Below are positions 1 to 15,591 of a DNA stretch of 64,000 nt, in pieces; positions within the stretch are counted from its first letter, which is position 1; every line of letters starts with the position of its first letter. Location: positions 144,212,001-144,276,000 of the forward strand of contig NC_042998.1 in NCBI RefSeq assembly GCF_006345805.1, read 5' to 3'. Source of the stretch: Octopus sinensis. Lineage: Eukaryota. A program made the position numbers and the translations under genes. The notes under the pieces are model-generated. The model was not told the origin of the DNA. It searched no databases and worked only from the letters and a program-made list of their open reading frames with translations.

Positions 1-105
1 CCAAAACTATAGTAGAAGACACTTGCCCAAGGTGCCATGCAGTGGGACTGAACCTGGAAACATGTGGTTGGGAAGCAAGCGTCTTACCACACAACCATGC
101 CTGCA
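1..105 (-). mobile_element. 5' (tRNA-derived) part of abundant SINE family A, cut by window edge
   Basis: Same sequence as heads of copies at 25171-25586 and 62950-63372 (gaagacacttgcccaaggtgccatgcagtgggactgaacc). Confidence 0.85.
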
Positions 106-451
106 CATTTATATATGTACACGTGCATATGCACACACACACACACACACACAAGTATATACTTTGATACTAAGGTAGGTTTCAACCAGAATTGGCCTAA
201 GCCAAATAGCCCCACATGAAGATGACATTTCATCAGGTTTCATGTTACAAACACACTTTTAATATCATAGTTTTCATAGTTATTGTTTGCAGAAATATAC
301 AAACAGGCTTATAGTTTCCACATGCCAAATTCACTCCCAAAGCATTGGTCAGCCCTAAGTTATACTTAGGTCAGCCCTAAGTTATACCAAAGTGCTATAC
401 AGAGGTACTGAACCTGAAACCACAGGTTATGTTGACACAAGCATAAAATAC

Positions 452-486
<35 letters not shown>

Positions 487-544
487 CCTTCTCTGAGCGT
501 CTGCTAATACTTTACATGTACCACATCCTCACGTTGTTGTTTTT

Positions 545-800
545 TTACCTCCGCCAAGGAAGGAGGTTATATTTTCATTGGCGTTGGTTTGTCCGTCTGT
601 GTGCAAATAATTCAAAACGTTGTGAACAGTATTTGATGAAATTTGCAGGAAAAATTGGTAATGACACAAGGAACAGATGATAAAATTTTGGTAGCAATCT
701 GGGAATTTTTATGGATTTGTGAAGGATTTTTCATTTTTTGTTTTTACTTTACATGAAGTATTAATGTTATGTTCTTTGATTATCTCCCTTGAAAACACGT
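545..800. mobile_element. Non-autonomous Helentron/DINE-1(HINE)-like element fragment
   Basis: T-run then short palindrome cctccgccaaggaaggagg, followed by gttatattttc...gtctgtgtg...gatgaaattt motifs typical of these rolling-circle-derived elements; recognised by pattern, not searched. Confidence 0.55.
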
Positions 801-879
801 TCATCATTTGCATGTAACCTATGGTGGCATTGCTGTTTCCAAAGTTTATTTTCGTTTCTCTATTAGTAATTTTACTTGC

Positions 880-1390
880 ATATCTATCTTAAAACGAGGT
901 GCTTGGCGCAAGTCTGCGGAGGATAACATGACAAGCCTTGACTATTGGGATCGACTCAAAAAGCTCAGGCTTTGCTCTCTCCACTGCCACTGTGAGCTCT
1001 GCATCATCTGTATGATCAACATTGACCATCTTTAAAATTCATCCGAGGCTTGGCCCCCGTGCCATCCGTCCACAACAGAAATGTTTGTGTCATATCTCAA
1101 CACTATGACAGAACTATTTCACCTCAATTGGCCCTGCTCTCTTCAACATCGTGCCAGACACACATAAAGGAAGAAAGTGACTTCATGGCATTCAAACAAT
1201 CCCTAGATGATTACTCCCAACAAATACCAGATAAACCACCCACACCCAGATATGTCTCTAAAAACAATAACCCTCTCCTTGAATGGGCTGCGGTTCCCCA
1301 GAGCTGACTGTGTATCTCTTCCAGGTGGAGCTATTAAATTAGACATGACCGGAGTCAACTTCAGCCAAAACTTATCTAAGTAATCTAATC
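880..1390 (+). mobile_element. 3' end of a CR1/L2-group LINE (degenerate ORF2 C-terminus, 3' UTR, tctaa-type tail)
   Basis: Translations TSLDYWDRLKKLRLCSL and FKQSLDDYSQQIPDKPPTPRYVSKNNNPLLEW match typical CR1/L2 ORF2 C-terminal motifs; frameshifted; ends in tatctaagtaatctaatct. Confidence 0.75.
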
Positions 1391-1665
1391 TATGTTGTAA
1401 CCTTTTAATCAAAGCATGACAACGTGAGTAGAGGCTGATATCTTAACATTTCTGATGGTCTTAAGTATAAAAAAAAATTATTAAAGATTTATATACAACT
1501 ACATTCAGAGTATGTCTATAAGCTATTGTGTTTAGACCTGGGTTCTATCCTCAAACTGTTCCATTTGTAGATGCAATTTTTTTTTTTAATAAAGCACTCC
1601 GAAATTAGAAAAATCAAAAATCTGCAACAATCTTGATCCCATGAGTATCAGATAATGGATTTTCA

Positions 1666-1765
1666 NNNNNNNNNNNNNNNNNNNNNNNNNNNNNNNNNNN
1701 NNNNNNNNNNNNNNNNNNNNNNNNNNNNNNNNNNNNNNNNNNNNNNNNNNNNNNNNNNNNNNNNN
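1666..1765. other. Assembly gap (100 N)
   Basis: Exactly 100 N, a standard placeholder of unknown true size. Confidence 0.99.
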
Positions 1766-2999
1766 AATAAAAGAAGTGAAACAGAACCAGTGTGTATTTA
1801 TTATTGGCATAATGACCCTTCCCAAGCTACAACATTCAAATTGATATTTTTATTTTCAATTTTCCAAAACAAATCCCATGTTGGAAAAATTAACCTTTAT
1901 ATAAAACAAAGAATTCTTTGGGGTTGGTGCATAATTTTCATTTTTATAGCATTTGGTAGATGACAGAAAGACACCTTCCACAATTTACTTTCCTAAAAAT
2001 TTTGGCATAAAATATCCACAGATTGGTGAACTGAAGCATCTAGCATATAGAATTTTTTCTCAAAATACCTACAGAAGATTTTAACTCATTATTACTGACC
2101 TGGTAATACAAAAGTATAAGCATTCAACCAAAATCAGCTTACTGCATATTTCTCTGTCTCATAATCAGAATTATGACAACAACAAGTTCTCATTACATAT
2201 GTAAGATAATTGTTTCTAAGGAGTCACACAATGGGACTGAACCCAAAACTATGTGGTTCCAAAGTGAGTCCTTTCCCATCTTGTGTCATATTTGATGGTC
2301 AGCAGTTTTGATGGGAAGAGTAAGTTCATCTTATTGACCCCAGTACTTAACTGGTACCTTACTTTACTGGTTCTAGAGGGATCAAAGCCAAAGTTGATAC
2401 TGGTGTGATTTGAGCTCAGAATGTAATGATTCACAACAAATGCTGTAAGGCTTTTCTTTTCCCAATGCTGTAAGAATTTTATTACTAATTTTTGTATTGA
2501 ATTTAAACACAAGGCCAGCAATTTTTGAAGGGATGGAGTTAGTTGATAGCATTAACTTCAGTACTAGACTGGTACTTTATTTCATTGAAATCTTGGTGGG
2601 ATTTGAACTCAAAAGGTACAGATTCATAGGAAATATCTCAAGGTATTTTGTGCAACACCCTGACAATTCTGACAAATGTAAAATTAATAAAAATGTAAAA
2701 AAAAAAAATCAATTTTCAATTGTTTTCTTATGTTGTTACAGATTGATTCATAATAGAGAAAACATACAAATTATTTGAAACTTTAAACTTTGACCGACAC
2801 TTTACCCTTTGACTTACATTTAGAATAGAACACTGAAGTTTAGAACAAACCTATCTCTTGGCAAACTGTCAGAATGCCACCATTAACATTATCAAATTGC
2901 TTGCAGTGAGGTAAGGTATTATGCACCTGGTGATGAATACTTGTAACCTGTGTAGATGAATTCAACATGAGATGAGGTGTTAAATAGCAGTCACCATAT

Positions 3000-3600
3000 A
3001 TTGTAGCATACAGTCAGAACCAGGACTTGAGTTCCCACCTACACCCTTGTACATCACTCATTACATTCACATCTACCTCTGCATCCAACCATCTGATACT
3101 CTCTCCTCATGCCCATATGAAACTACCCAATCCACAGTCCATATCCTCTTTTATGCTCACTTTCTTGTAGCCTGAGGGCTTGCTCTGGCACTTAATCACG
3201 AACATCTTTTCTTCTTACCAGTTATTCCCACCAATCTTAATATAAAGTTGAGTAGCCGTGTAATTACCTCCATAGCAAAACACCTGTGTCTGTCCCTCTG
3301 TCATATCTTAACCTCTCAGCACTTACTATGACCCTCCCCCCACACACACCTCACCACTTAGTTGAGGGGCTTTTCCTTTTTTCTGTTCCTGTTCTTGTCG
3401 TGCAAGTTACTTGGTGACCTCACTAGTGCTAGTGTATACACTGTAAGGTGGTTGGCATTAGGAAAGGCATCCAGTCATAGAAACCATGCCAAAGCTGGCA
3501 TTGGAGCTCAATGCAGCCCTGTGGATCACCAGATCCTGTCAAACCATCCACCCCATACCAACATGGAAAACAGACATTAAATGATGATGATGATGGTAGT
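3000..3600 (+). mobile_element. Pyrimidine-rich non-autonomous retroelement ending in the RTE-type 3' tail and (GAT)n; relatives at 18540-18860(-), 32740-33125(+), 34500-35150(-), 44480-45030(+)
   Basis: Ends in ggttggcattaggaaaggcatccag...aaaccatccaccccataccaacatggaaaacagacattaaatgatgatg, the same tail as the RTE copies. Confidence 0.6.
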
Positions 3601-4641
3601 GGTGGTGGTGGTGGTGGTGGTGGTGACTTGCCAAAATGATTGGTGCTGAGCTCTGAACTGAAGCAGAGTATCCAAGTAGTTTCTTGTTGACTACTTCAGC
3701 TCTTTGGTACAATAACATAATAAGAATAATCATTAATGAATTTTAAAAAAAGCTTATGACCCAGTTGTAAGGGTGCTGGACTCATTACTATAATATCATA
3801 GGTTCAATTCCTGGACCAGATGTCAGGACTTCTCCTTGGACAAGAGACATCATTTCATGTTGCTCCAGTCAACTAAGCTGAAAATGAAAAGCAACTGATT
3901 GCTGATGTAGCCCCCCCCCCACCTCATCTCTCACTCAAGTTGTCACATCCTTGACCTTCAACATAAAAGGAAAGCCAAAAGAATGTCTAGATCGGCTTGT
4001 GACTACCTAAGCGCCTAAAACAATTATATCTATATTAAATTAATAATTACATATATATATATATAAAATTATATTAAAGGATCAGGGTAAAACAACCCTT
4101 CTCCTACACACTTGAAATAGACAGCAAAGGCACTAAGAAATTACCGAATAACGCCAAAGCACAGGTTGTAATCAGGCAAATGAAAAAATACATATAACAT
4201 GCAAAGTTTAGGTTAGTTAAAATATGTTTGTGACATATTTCAACTACTAAATGACAAGTTTACTGCAGTTCCCATAAAGAAACTTTTTCTCTTGTGGTAC
4301 AAAGCTGTGAAAACACCCTATCTGTTCAATGTCACCATCTATCAGGATTCTAGCTTGTTGATGTGTGTGTGTGTGTGTGTGTGTGCGCACACACATTATT
4401 TAATAAACACAATATATGTTTTTATGTATTATTATTAGTTTCATGCACTAAGAACTGGCCAAACATAATTTTATAACATGTCTGAAGTAATATTTATCTT
4501 CACCCCACAGAGTACTTTTTTGGTTGATCTTACCATCATGGAACAAGTACACTATATATATATATATATATATATAAATAATATATTATAAAAATATATA
4601 TAATATAAAAATATATAAATATAAAAATATTATAATAATAT

Positions 4642-4672
<31 letters not shown>

Positions 4673-4689
4673 AATATATATATTATTGT

Positions 4690-5232
4690 GAAATAGAAAG
4701 ATGAATAATCTTGTAGTAGATTAATCAAAAGTTTACCGATACCTTAGTAGCAAAAATCACAGCAGTGAACAGCACGGTTGGAGGTACAACCATCTGGCGT
4801 TGCAACCGTGCGTTGGTGCGGATAATTGAAATTAAAACATTATTGGTGAATTGAAGAAATGGAGCTGAACGCAGATTGACAGAAATCGTTTTATTTCATT
4901 CTACACGTGTTCGAAAGGCACAAATTACCAAAATCCGATTGAATAATGGGACCATATTGTGTCTTTCTCTTCAGGAAGAAAAAGGAAATCCGTTGGAAAA
5001 CAAAAACAGAACAGAGGCAGAGCAAAAAACAAATCGAACTGTGCTCCTAAGAGCCCATGGCGAAACTGTTTATCAGTGTATGTTGAGAACCGTGGCTGAA
5101 GAATAACAGGTCAGGCATCGGTCAATCATGTGGGTGGGGGTGTAAATTTCTTTGTGACCAGAATAAAGTTCTGACTATTTAAAGAATATTGGATGTTTTA
5201 TAAGGGGCGAGAAAAAATCTACTTAGAGACGT
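4690..5232. repeat. Unclassified CpG-rich segment, probably an interspersed repeat, between TA tracts
   Basis: CpG-rich complex sequence with sharp boundaries against TA microsatellite; no credible ORF; class not determined. Confidence 0.4.
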
Positions 5233-5269
5233 GTGTGTGTGTATACTGTTCTATATATGTGTGTGTTGG

Positions 5270-5758
5270 CGTACCCCTATATATATAAATATATATATAT
5301 CATATATATAAATATATATATACATATATATAATATATATATACATATATATAAATATATATTATACATCTATAATAAATATATATATATACATATATAT
5401 AAATATATATATATATCATATATATAAATATATATATATACATATATAAACATAATATATATACATCTAATAAATATATATATACCTATATATAATATAT
5501 ATATATACATTATATAAATATATATATATACATAATATAAATATATATATACATATTATAAATATATATATCATATATATAAGATATATATTACATATAT
5601 ATAAATATATAATAATACATATATAATATATATATATAAATATTATATATATATATATATAAAATATATATATATATATATATAAATTATATAATATATA
5701 TATAATAATATATATATATATAATATATAAATATATATATTATTATAAAAATATATAT

Positions 5759-5789
<31 letters not shown>

Positions 5790-5852
5790 ATAAATATATA
5801 TATAATAATATATATATAATCTATAAATATATCTATATATATATATATATAC

Positions 5853-5888
<36 letters not shown>

Positions 5889-5892
5889 AATA

Positions 5893-5935
<43 letters not shown>

Positions 5936-6028
5936 TATATATATAATATAACTATAATATATATATATATATAAATATATATATATTATAGATATACCTA
6001 TATATATATATATATATAAAATATATAT

Positions 6029-6061
<33 letters not shown>

Positions 6062-6389
6062 AATATATATATTATATATATATTAAATATATATATATAT
6101 CTATATATAAATATATATATATATATATAACTATATCTATATATATATTAAATATATATATATATATATATAAATTAATATATATATAATATATATAATA
6201 TATATATATATATATATAACTATAATATAATATATATATATATAGATATATATTATAGATATTATATATATATATATATATACAATATTATATATTATAT
6301 ATATAAATATATATTATATATATATATATAAATATATATAATATATATATATATCTATATATATATATATATATATAAATATAATATAT

Positions 6390-6420
<31 letters not shown>

Positions 6421-6522
6421 ATATATAAATAATATATATATATATATATAAATTCTATATATTAATATATATAAATATATTATTATATATATAAATATAT
6501 ATATATATTATAATAAAATTAT

Positions 6523-6557
<35 letters not shown>

Positions 6558-6588
6558 ATATATATAATATAATATACAATATATATAT

Positions 6589-6621
<33 letters not shown>

Positions 6622-6838
6622 AAATATATATATATATATTCTATAAATATATTATATATATATATAAATTATTATATATATATATAATAAATTATATATA
6701 TATATATATATAAATATATATTTATATATATATATATATATATATCTATATAATATATATATTATATATAATATATATATATATATATCAATATATATTT
6801 ATATAATATTTATATTATAGATATTATATATAATATAT

Positions 6839-6869
<31 letters not shown>

Positions 6870-6873
6870 AATA

Positions 6874-6928
<55 letters not shown>

Positions 6929-6975
6929 ATAATATAATATATATTATATATATATATATAATATATATCTATATA

Positions 6976-7007
<32 letters not shown>

Positions 7008-7158
7008 CTATATATTATATATGTATATATATATATTATAATCTATGTATATATATATATATATTATATGTATATATATATATCAATATATAAATGTATA
7101 ATATATATCTATAAAATATATATTTATTATCTATATATATATATATATATATTATATA

Positions 7159-7219
<61 letters not shown>

Positions 7220-7238
7220 TATCTTATACATATATATG

Positions 7239-7270
<32 letters not shown>

Positions 7271-7440
7271 CTATATATATATATACTATCTATATATATA
7301 CATATTATATGTATATATATATATATAATAATATATATATATATATAGATATATATATATATATATTATATTATATATATATAACTATATATAAATATAT
7401 ATATATATATATAAATATATATACATATATATATATATAC

Positions 7441-7471
<31 letters not shown>

Positions 7472-7878
7472 TGTATATATATAAATATATATATAATATA
7501 TAAATATATATATATATATATATAAATATAATATATATATATAATATATATATATAATATATATATAAATATAAATATATATAATAAATATATATATATA
7601 AATATATATATAAATATAAATATATATATATAATAATATATATAAATATATATAAATATATATATATAAATATATATATATAAATAATATATATATAATA
7701 TAAATATATATATATAAATATATATATATAAATATATATAAATATATATATATAAAATATATCTATATAAATATAAAATCTATATATAAATATCTATATA
7801 TAAATATACTATATATATATAATATATATATATATATATAAATAATATATAAATATATACAATTATATATATATATAA

Positions 7879-7934
<56 letters not shown>

Positions 7935-7935
7935 A

Positions 7936-7977
<42 letters not shown>

Positions 7978-8384
7978 AATATATATATATATATATATAT
8001 TAATATATATATAAATATATATTATATATATATTATATTATATAAATATATATATATATATATAAATATATATAATATATATATATAAATTATATATATA
8101 TATATATAAATATATATATAAATATATATAAATATATATATATAAATATATATATAAATATATATAAATATATATATAAATAATATAAAAATATATTAAA
8201 TAATATTATATATATATATAAATATATATAATAAATATATTAATATATATATAAATATTATATAAATTATATACAATATATATAAATATATATATATAAT
8301 ATATATAAATATATATATATCTAAATATATATATATATATATATAATATATATATCTATAAATAGTATATATATATATCTATAA

Positions 8385-8421
<37 letters not shown>

Positions 8422-8444
8422 AATATATATATAATATATATATA

Positions 8445-8477
<33 letters not shown>

Positions 8478-9024
8478 ATAAATATATATAAATATATAAA
8501 TATATATATTATCTATATATATAAATATATATAAATATATTAATATATATAAATAATATATATATTAATATATATATAAATTATATATAATTATAAATAT
8601 ATATATATATAAATATATTATATATATATATAAATATATATAATATATCTATATATATATCTATATATATATATATATAAATATATATTATATCATATAT
8701 ATTATATATAAATATATATAAAATATATATATATTAAATATATATATATAATATATATAAATATTAAATATATATATATATATATATAAATATATATATT
8801 ATATATATATATATATATAATATATATATATATAATATATATATATATAAATATAATATAATAATAAATATATATATATATATAATATAATATATATATA
8901 AAATATATATAAATATATATATATATAAATATATATATATAAATATATTATATAATAAATATATATAATTATATATATATATATATATATAAATATATAT
9001 ATATAAAATATATATATATATAAT

Positions 9025-9065
<41 letters not shown>

Positions 9066-9176
9066 ATATATATATATATATAATATATATAAATATATAT
9101 ATATATATATCTATATAAATATATAATATATTATATATATATATATATTATCTATATATATAAAATATATATTATA

Positions 9177-9232
<56 letters not shown>

Positions 9233-9268
9233 ATATATAAATATATATATTATATATATATATAAATC

Positions 9269-9312
<44 letters not shown>

Positions 9313-9483
9313 TATATATATATAAATATATATATATATAATATATATAATATAAAATATATATATAAATATATATAATATAATATATATTATATATAAA
9401 TATATATAAATATAAATATATATATATATAATATATATATATAAATATATATAAATATATATATAAATATATATATATATATA

Positions 9484-9523
<40 letters not shown>

Positions 9524-9538
9524 AATATATATAAATAT

Positions 9539-9583
<45 letters not shown>

Positions 9584-9697
9584 CTATAATTATATAAATA
9601 TATATATATATATAAATATATATAAATATATATATATATTATATATATAAATATATATAAATATATATATTATATAAATATATATAAATATATATAA

Positions 9698-9738
<41 letters not shown>

Positions 9739-9827
9739 ATATATATATAAATATATATATATATATTATATAATAATATATATATAAATATATTATATAT
9801 ATATATATAATATATATATATATTATA

Positions 9828-9870
<43 letters not shown>

Positions 9871-9912
9871 ATATAAAAATATATATTATATATATATTAT
9901 ATATATATATCT

Positions 9913-9961
<49 letters not shown>

Positions 9962-9963
9962 TT

Positions 9964-10012
<49 letters not shown>

Positions 10013-10020
10013 ATATATAA

Positions 10021-10059
<39 letters not shown>

Positions 10060-10084
10060 TATATAATATATATATATATATATC

Positions 10085-10129
<45 letters not shown>

Positions 10130-10234
10130 ATATATAAATATATATATATATATATATAATATATATTATATATATATATAAATATATATATATATAAATA
10201 TTATATAATAATATATAAATATATATATATATAA

Positions 10235-10288
<54 letters not shown>

Positions 10289-10342
10289 ATATATATATAA
10301 TATATATTATATATATATATATATATATAATATATAATATAT
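5270..10342. repeat. ~5.1-kb degenerate (TA)n tract
   Basis: Almost pure A/T alternation with ATAAAT variants and scattered C; G mostly at ~6990-7460. Confidence 0.98.
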
Positions 10343-11478
10343 CATGTCAGTGTTCTGTAAAGTTTCCATCTACAAAATTCACTTACAAGGCATTGGTTAG
10401 CTTAGGACTTTTATATAAACATACTTGCCCAAGATGCTAAACAGTGGGACTGAACCTGAAACCACATGGTTGCAAAGTGAGCTTCTTAATCCACACAGTC
10501 ATGTCTGCATCTATATCGCAGTAATACTTTAGAGGATCAGAATATACAGCCTGGTTTTTGTACCAAGCATTGAAGGAATATATAAATGAAAGAATACATG
10601 AATGAATGGATGGGTGGATTGATAGAAAAAAATAATGGTATTTACAGAGAATTACAGCTGTTTAGAATCAGACAACACTGAGAGATAGAGATTAGCACTA
10701 AGGAGAAAAACAGGAAATTGATCTTATTCTTTATTTTCTATCAAAGAATCAAGAGAATCAAGACTAACAACATCATTGATTTTTTTTTATTGCAAAGCAT
10801 GGAGGAGTGAAGAGGTAGTAAATTACAGATGTTTGAATATAGAAACCAGACAAAATATTCCAAGATTTACAGGACAGATATTCTAGTTTCTTGAGGCATA
10901 AAAAGAAAAACGGCATTTCAATTTATAATATACAGAAACATGTATGGCTGTATGGATAAGCAGTTTTCTTGACAACTAAGTGGTTTTGGGTTCAATCCCT
11001 CTAAATAAAACCCTGAGCAAGAGTCTTGTACTATAGCCCTAGGCTGACCAATGTCTTGTGAGCAGAAATGATAGATAGTAACAATATAGTAACCAATTGT
11101 GGTTGTGTGTGTATCATCATCATCATTTTTACATCCACTTCTCCATGGGTCAGACAGAATTCCTTTGAGTAGATTTTCCTACGGCCAGATGCTCTTCCTG
11201 TCACCAACCCTCACCTGTTTTCAAGTAAGATGATATGTCTCCAAGCACAAAATGGAAATGAAGGACACTGCTTGAATGACAGTGACTCTTGCTTACAAGT
11301 ATGAAGTGATATCAAGACAAGGAGACAGACAGACAGACACACACACACAATGGGGGGTTTTTTTCAGCCTCCATCTATCAAATCCACTTACAAGGATTTG
11401 GCCAGCCTAGTGAAAGACAGTTACTCAAAGTGTCATGCAGTAGTACTGAACTTTAAATAAATAAATAATATATATATA

Positions 11479-11529
<51 letters not shown>

Positions 11530-11882
11530 AGAAATTGAGAGTAGCTCCTGAATTTTATTCCCCACATATGTATATGTTTTCTCATTTGTAATATTTTTCT
11601 CTGTGTGTATGTATATATATATAATTGTTTTCCCAAATAAATTGCACTTCATGTTGGGGGATCTGATGAAGCTATAAGGTGATACTCAGGTACTCAACAA
11701 TGAGTTCATTGCATCTTATAGCAGTAACAGCTGTAAGCTAATGAAGTTCATAAGATAATCATTTATTCCTTTGTCATCTCAGTTTCTTATTCTGTATTTG
11801 ACTAACACTTCATTCTAAAGCATATGTATATTGAGCTTAACACCAGGTCATTAGTATCGCAATGTCTAAGTAGAATATAAAT

Positions 11883-11932
<50 letters not shown>

Positions 11933-11976
11933 GTGCAGCTATATATTAAATACGTTATATATATATATATATATAT

Positions 11977-12670
11977 ACTTATATTAAGGGCATTACTATA
12001 CATAAATGCCTCACACTAGGAGGGACTCTTAAAGTCAAAACTACCATAATAAATAAACACATTGTACTGAACACGAGGGAATGCAATTCTCAAAGCGAGC
12101 ATTTTAAAAACAGAATTCAGCTGCATATCATATGATTTCATAATTAATGCACAAAATGCACTTTTTAATCGTCAGTGCAAGCATAATTGAAGGCACATAA
12201 AAACGAACAAAAAATCAACATACCAGACGAACACCAAATGTATCCAGCATAGTACATAGAATTGTTCACACTTATATATCTATGTAAAAGGCGGGCTTTT
12301 CGAATTGCATCTCGGTACATGTGTTTATTCAGAATAAAATTCAGCACTGAATATATTCCGGTTAAATTTACAATTGAAAAATAAGATAAAATCTTTATAA
12401 GAATTTATCAAGTAGTTAGCGTGAAAAACCTCATAAGGGAAAATCCATCAATTATTCCTCTTAAATATATTTACTTATATTAAGGGCATTATACTAGTCA
12501 AAACTACCATAATAAATAAACATTTATGTATGAGGCATTTATGTATAGTAATGCCCTTAATATAAGTAAATATATTTAAGAGGAATAATTCATGGATTTT
12601 TCCCTTATGAGGTTTTTCACGCTAACTATTTGATAAATTCTTATAAAGATTTTATCCTATTTTTCAATAT
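11977..12670. repeat. Repeat element with terminal ~120-bp inverted duplication and internal direct duplications
   Basis: 12373-12492 is nearly the reverse complement of ~12547-12668; tacttatattaagggcatta and gtcaaaactaccataataaataaac occur both near 11977-12058 and 12472-12521. Confidence 0.85.
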
Positions 12671-13607
12671 ATATATTGATAAGGCACAAAATTTCATTTG
12701 ACTGATAATTGATGAGGAGTTGGCAACCTTCTGTGTCTATTTCCCATTTGCTTGTGCATTTATTGTTTTTAACATGTGTGTGTGTGTATGTCTGTGTCTG
12801 TGTTTTGCAGTTATATATCAAATATATCACGTACATAGTTAAATATAAAGTATGCTTAGCTCTTTTTCATGACATAAAGCAGTTGGTAAATAAACTGGCA
12901 CTTTATCCAGGTGTTTATCACAGACAACATTCCCAGAAGATCTTATAGCTATTACAGACAGTTTAAAGAGAACTGAGACATTCAAACTATGTACACTGTT
13001 GCCCTAGTATACAACACATGACATGAATGGAATTTGGATTGAAAACTATCAAACTTTTATGAACAGCAGAACTAACACCATTGAAGAGAAACTTATCGAT
13101 GGTGCTCCTATTTTGTCCATTTTATATTCTTTAGACACATTATGTAACCAACCCAGGTTGACTTTTTTTATCAGTTTATTTGCTGTTAGAGATAGTGAAC
13201 TTTCTACTGTGTCTATAAATCTATTAAGTAATTCCTTCTGTTTATATCAACTGACTTCACCTGTGCACTGTTCAGATAGGCCATATTGTGTGTCTACTTA
13301 CTCACTGAACTATTTACACTGTGTCTGTAAGCTATGGGCCATGCTATGTATTTCCACAAGATCATAAATATAATGTCTCAATATCCAATTTTACCTATTC
13401 TCCATTTTACTTACATCTTTGCTTTCTGTCCTCTTTTACATCGTTTCTGATGAGTTGTACACCTGAACTCTGTATACAATAAGCTTATAATTTTTTTTCT
13501 TTTTGAAGATGATTTATCTCGAATGACATTACCTAATACAACCTTCATATTTTTTTTTAATAGAAGAGAGAGGAGTGAGTTAAGGGAGACATTGCTGCTA
13601 TTTCTAC

Positions 13608-13781
13608 CCCTTTAGTATTTAAATCAGCCATATCCAATCAAAATGTTCTACCTATTTTATATTCAAACAGCCAGATCTGGCCTCTCATACCTACTCTACA
13701 ATGTCATTCTAAAAAGATACAATTACATCAAAGCTACAAGATAATACAAGATTAATTCAAAACAATATAAATAAAGACACA

Positions 13782-13848
<67 letters not shown>

Positions 13849-13950
13849 TACATCCATATATACTGAACCCAAGAAAGGATGAAAGGCAAAGTCCACCTCA
13901 ATGGAATTTGAGTCTATTACACTTGACAAAGTAATCTGAATGCTAAAGGG
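13608..13950. mobile_element. piggyBac-like MITE with nested (TA)n and SINE piece; relatives at ~32510-32715 and 59360-62041
   Basis: Termini ccctttagtattt...aatgctaaaggg followed by TTAA; CCCT ends with TTAA target are piggyBac hallmarks; left TTAA not preserved. Confidence 0.65.
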
Positions 13951-14158
13951 TTAAGTATTCCCTCATTAGTTTGTAGTCCTTATAGTATTCAGCCCTTATA
14001 CTCATTCATACTTTATCAATTTATCTAATAGTTATTTATGTGGGCTTCTACATCTATGAACAGGCCTGCGTAAAAGTTTTAAAGTTTTTTTATGAAGACT
14101 GGCAGTTACCCATAAATGCAAGTCTCCTCTCCTCCACACCACTGATATTTCTCCAAAG

Positions 14159-14234
14159 GAAACACCACTGACTTTGACCAGAACAGTTTGGCTCCAGAGT
14201 CATCATACACATTGCTGTCAGAATTCAGACAACT
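14159..14234 (+). CDS. Candidate internal coding exon (76 nt, phase 1 to 2): NTTDFDQNSLAPESSYTLLSEFRQL; gene unidentified
   Basis: Acceptor ctgatatttctccaaag|, donor ACT|gtaaga, open frame, non-repetitive context; no homology confirmed. Confidence 0.35.
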
Positions 14235-15479
14235 GTAAGAGATACTACATCTTTACTAAAATATATACCACCCAATGGACTGGTATATATTTTTTATTAA
14301 ACCCTGAAAGGTTAAAAGACAAAGTCAAGCCTCGGTGAGTTTTGAGCTCAGATCACTGAGAGCCAGAAGAAATATTATATTCACATTTTAACAACTCTGC
14401 CAATTCACTGCCAACTAATTATACTTGCCAGTTGCATATCTTTAGATGTGGACAGAAGCACTGGTCTCCAACTACTTCACAGCTCTCACTTATGGCTCCA
14501 ACAGATTGGTAGCACACACTGATGGCTACACTACAGTAATTCACTTTGGCTGGTGAGCAAAACTAAGTAGAAGATATCAGCAATCTTGGAAGAATTGCAT
14601 CCACAAGTGCACAAAAACCGAAGTGGCTGAACCCAATATGGTTAATGGCTCATAAGACATAGCAGCAAGATGTGTGGTACATCTAGGACATTCTCTTGAC
14701 AAACTACGGACTTGTGGTCAATCTCCATGGAAGGGATTGGGACCCCACCATATGCATAATTGTATCATCCATTGTAAAACACGGATCTTAGACAACCTAA
14801 TTGGGTATCCTTGATATTCAACCAGCTGAGAGCAGATAACACCTAAGAACAGAACAGAACTATGGTTTTTGTAATTAACAGATACAATGTGATACAGCAT
14901 TTAGTTTTGTACAGCCACATTTTGAGTTCAAATCTTGCTGGGGTCATCTTCAGTTTTTAGATCTTCCTGGACCTGGAGTGTTGCAAGGATTTCACAATTC
15001 TCTTAGAGTTGTTACCATTGCTTTTTAGTAGAGCAAAGCTATGACCAAAAGCATTGATCATTGAACCTATGATCATTTTCCTAACTGCATGCACCAATGA
15101 CATTATCTAATGTGTCATTTTCTAATATAGACAGATGGTGTTCTTGGCAACTTTTTTTTTGTCTTGCAAGCTACTTGGTGACCTCACTAGTGCTGGTGTA
15201 TCAAGATTTGAAGATTTGGTTCCTGCTTTGTAACAGGTTGAGGAACCAAACAGAAGCTTCCTTGTTGGCCTGGCTACTATTTCAGATATGTGTCATCTGG
15301 CAGAATGTCCTCATCTGCATAATTTAGAGTTTAAAGCAGCAAATTTGTTGAATAGATTGTCCTGAAATGTTTGTTCTCTCTCTCTCTACATTCAGCTGAG
15401 GTCAAGTTTGCCTTTCATCTTTTCACAGTTAATAACTAAAGTACCAGTCATGTACTGGAGTAGATTCTGATCTTTCTAT

Positions 15480-15591
<112 letters not shown>

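Noticed and set aside
5233-7503. Tyr/Ile-rich ORFs, and similar YI, CV, HT and RE ORFs throughout the window
   Set aside because: Translations of (TA)n, (TG)n, (CA)n and (GA)n microsatellites.
11665-11725. Hairpin gctataaggtg...catcttatagc preceded by CTGATGA
   Set aside because: No GAAA core for a hammerhead and the stem is too interrupted for a pre-miRNA.
13023-13367. 114-aa ORF in non-repetitive sequence
   Set aside because: No recognisable domain, codon bias or coherent splice boundaries; length is compatible with chance.
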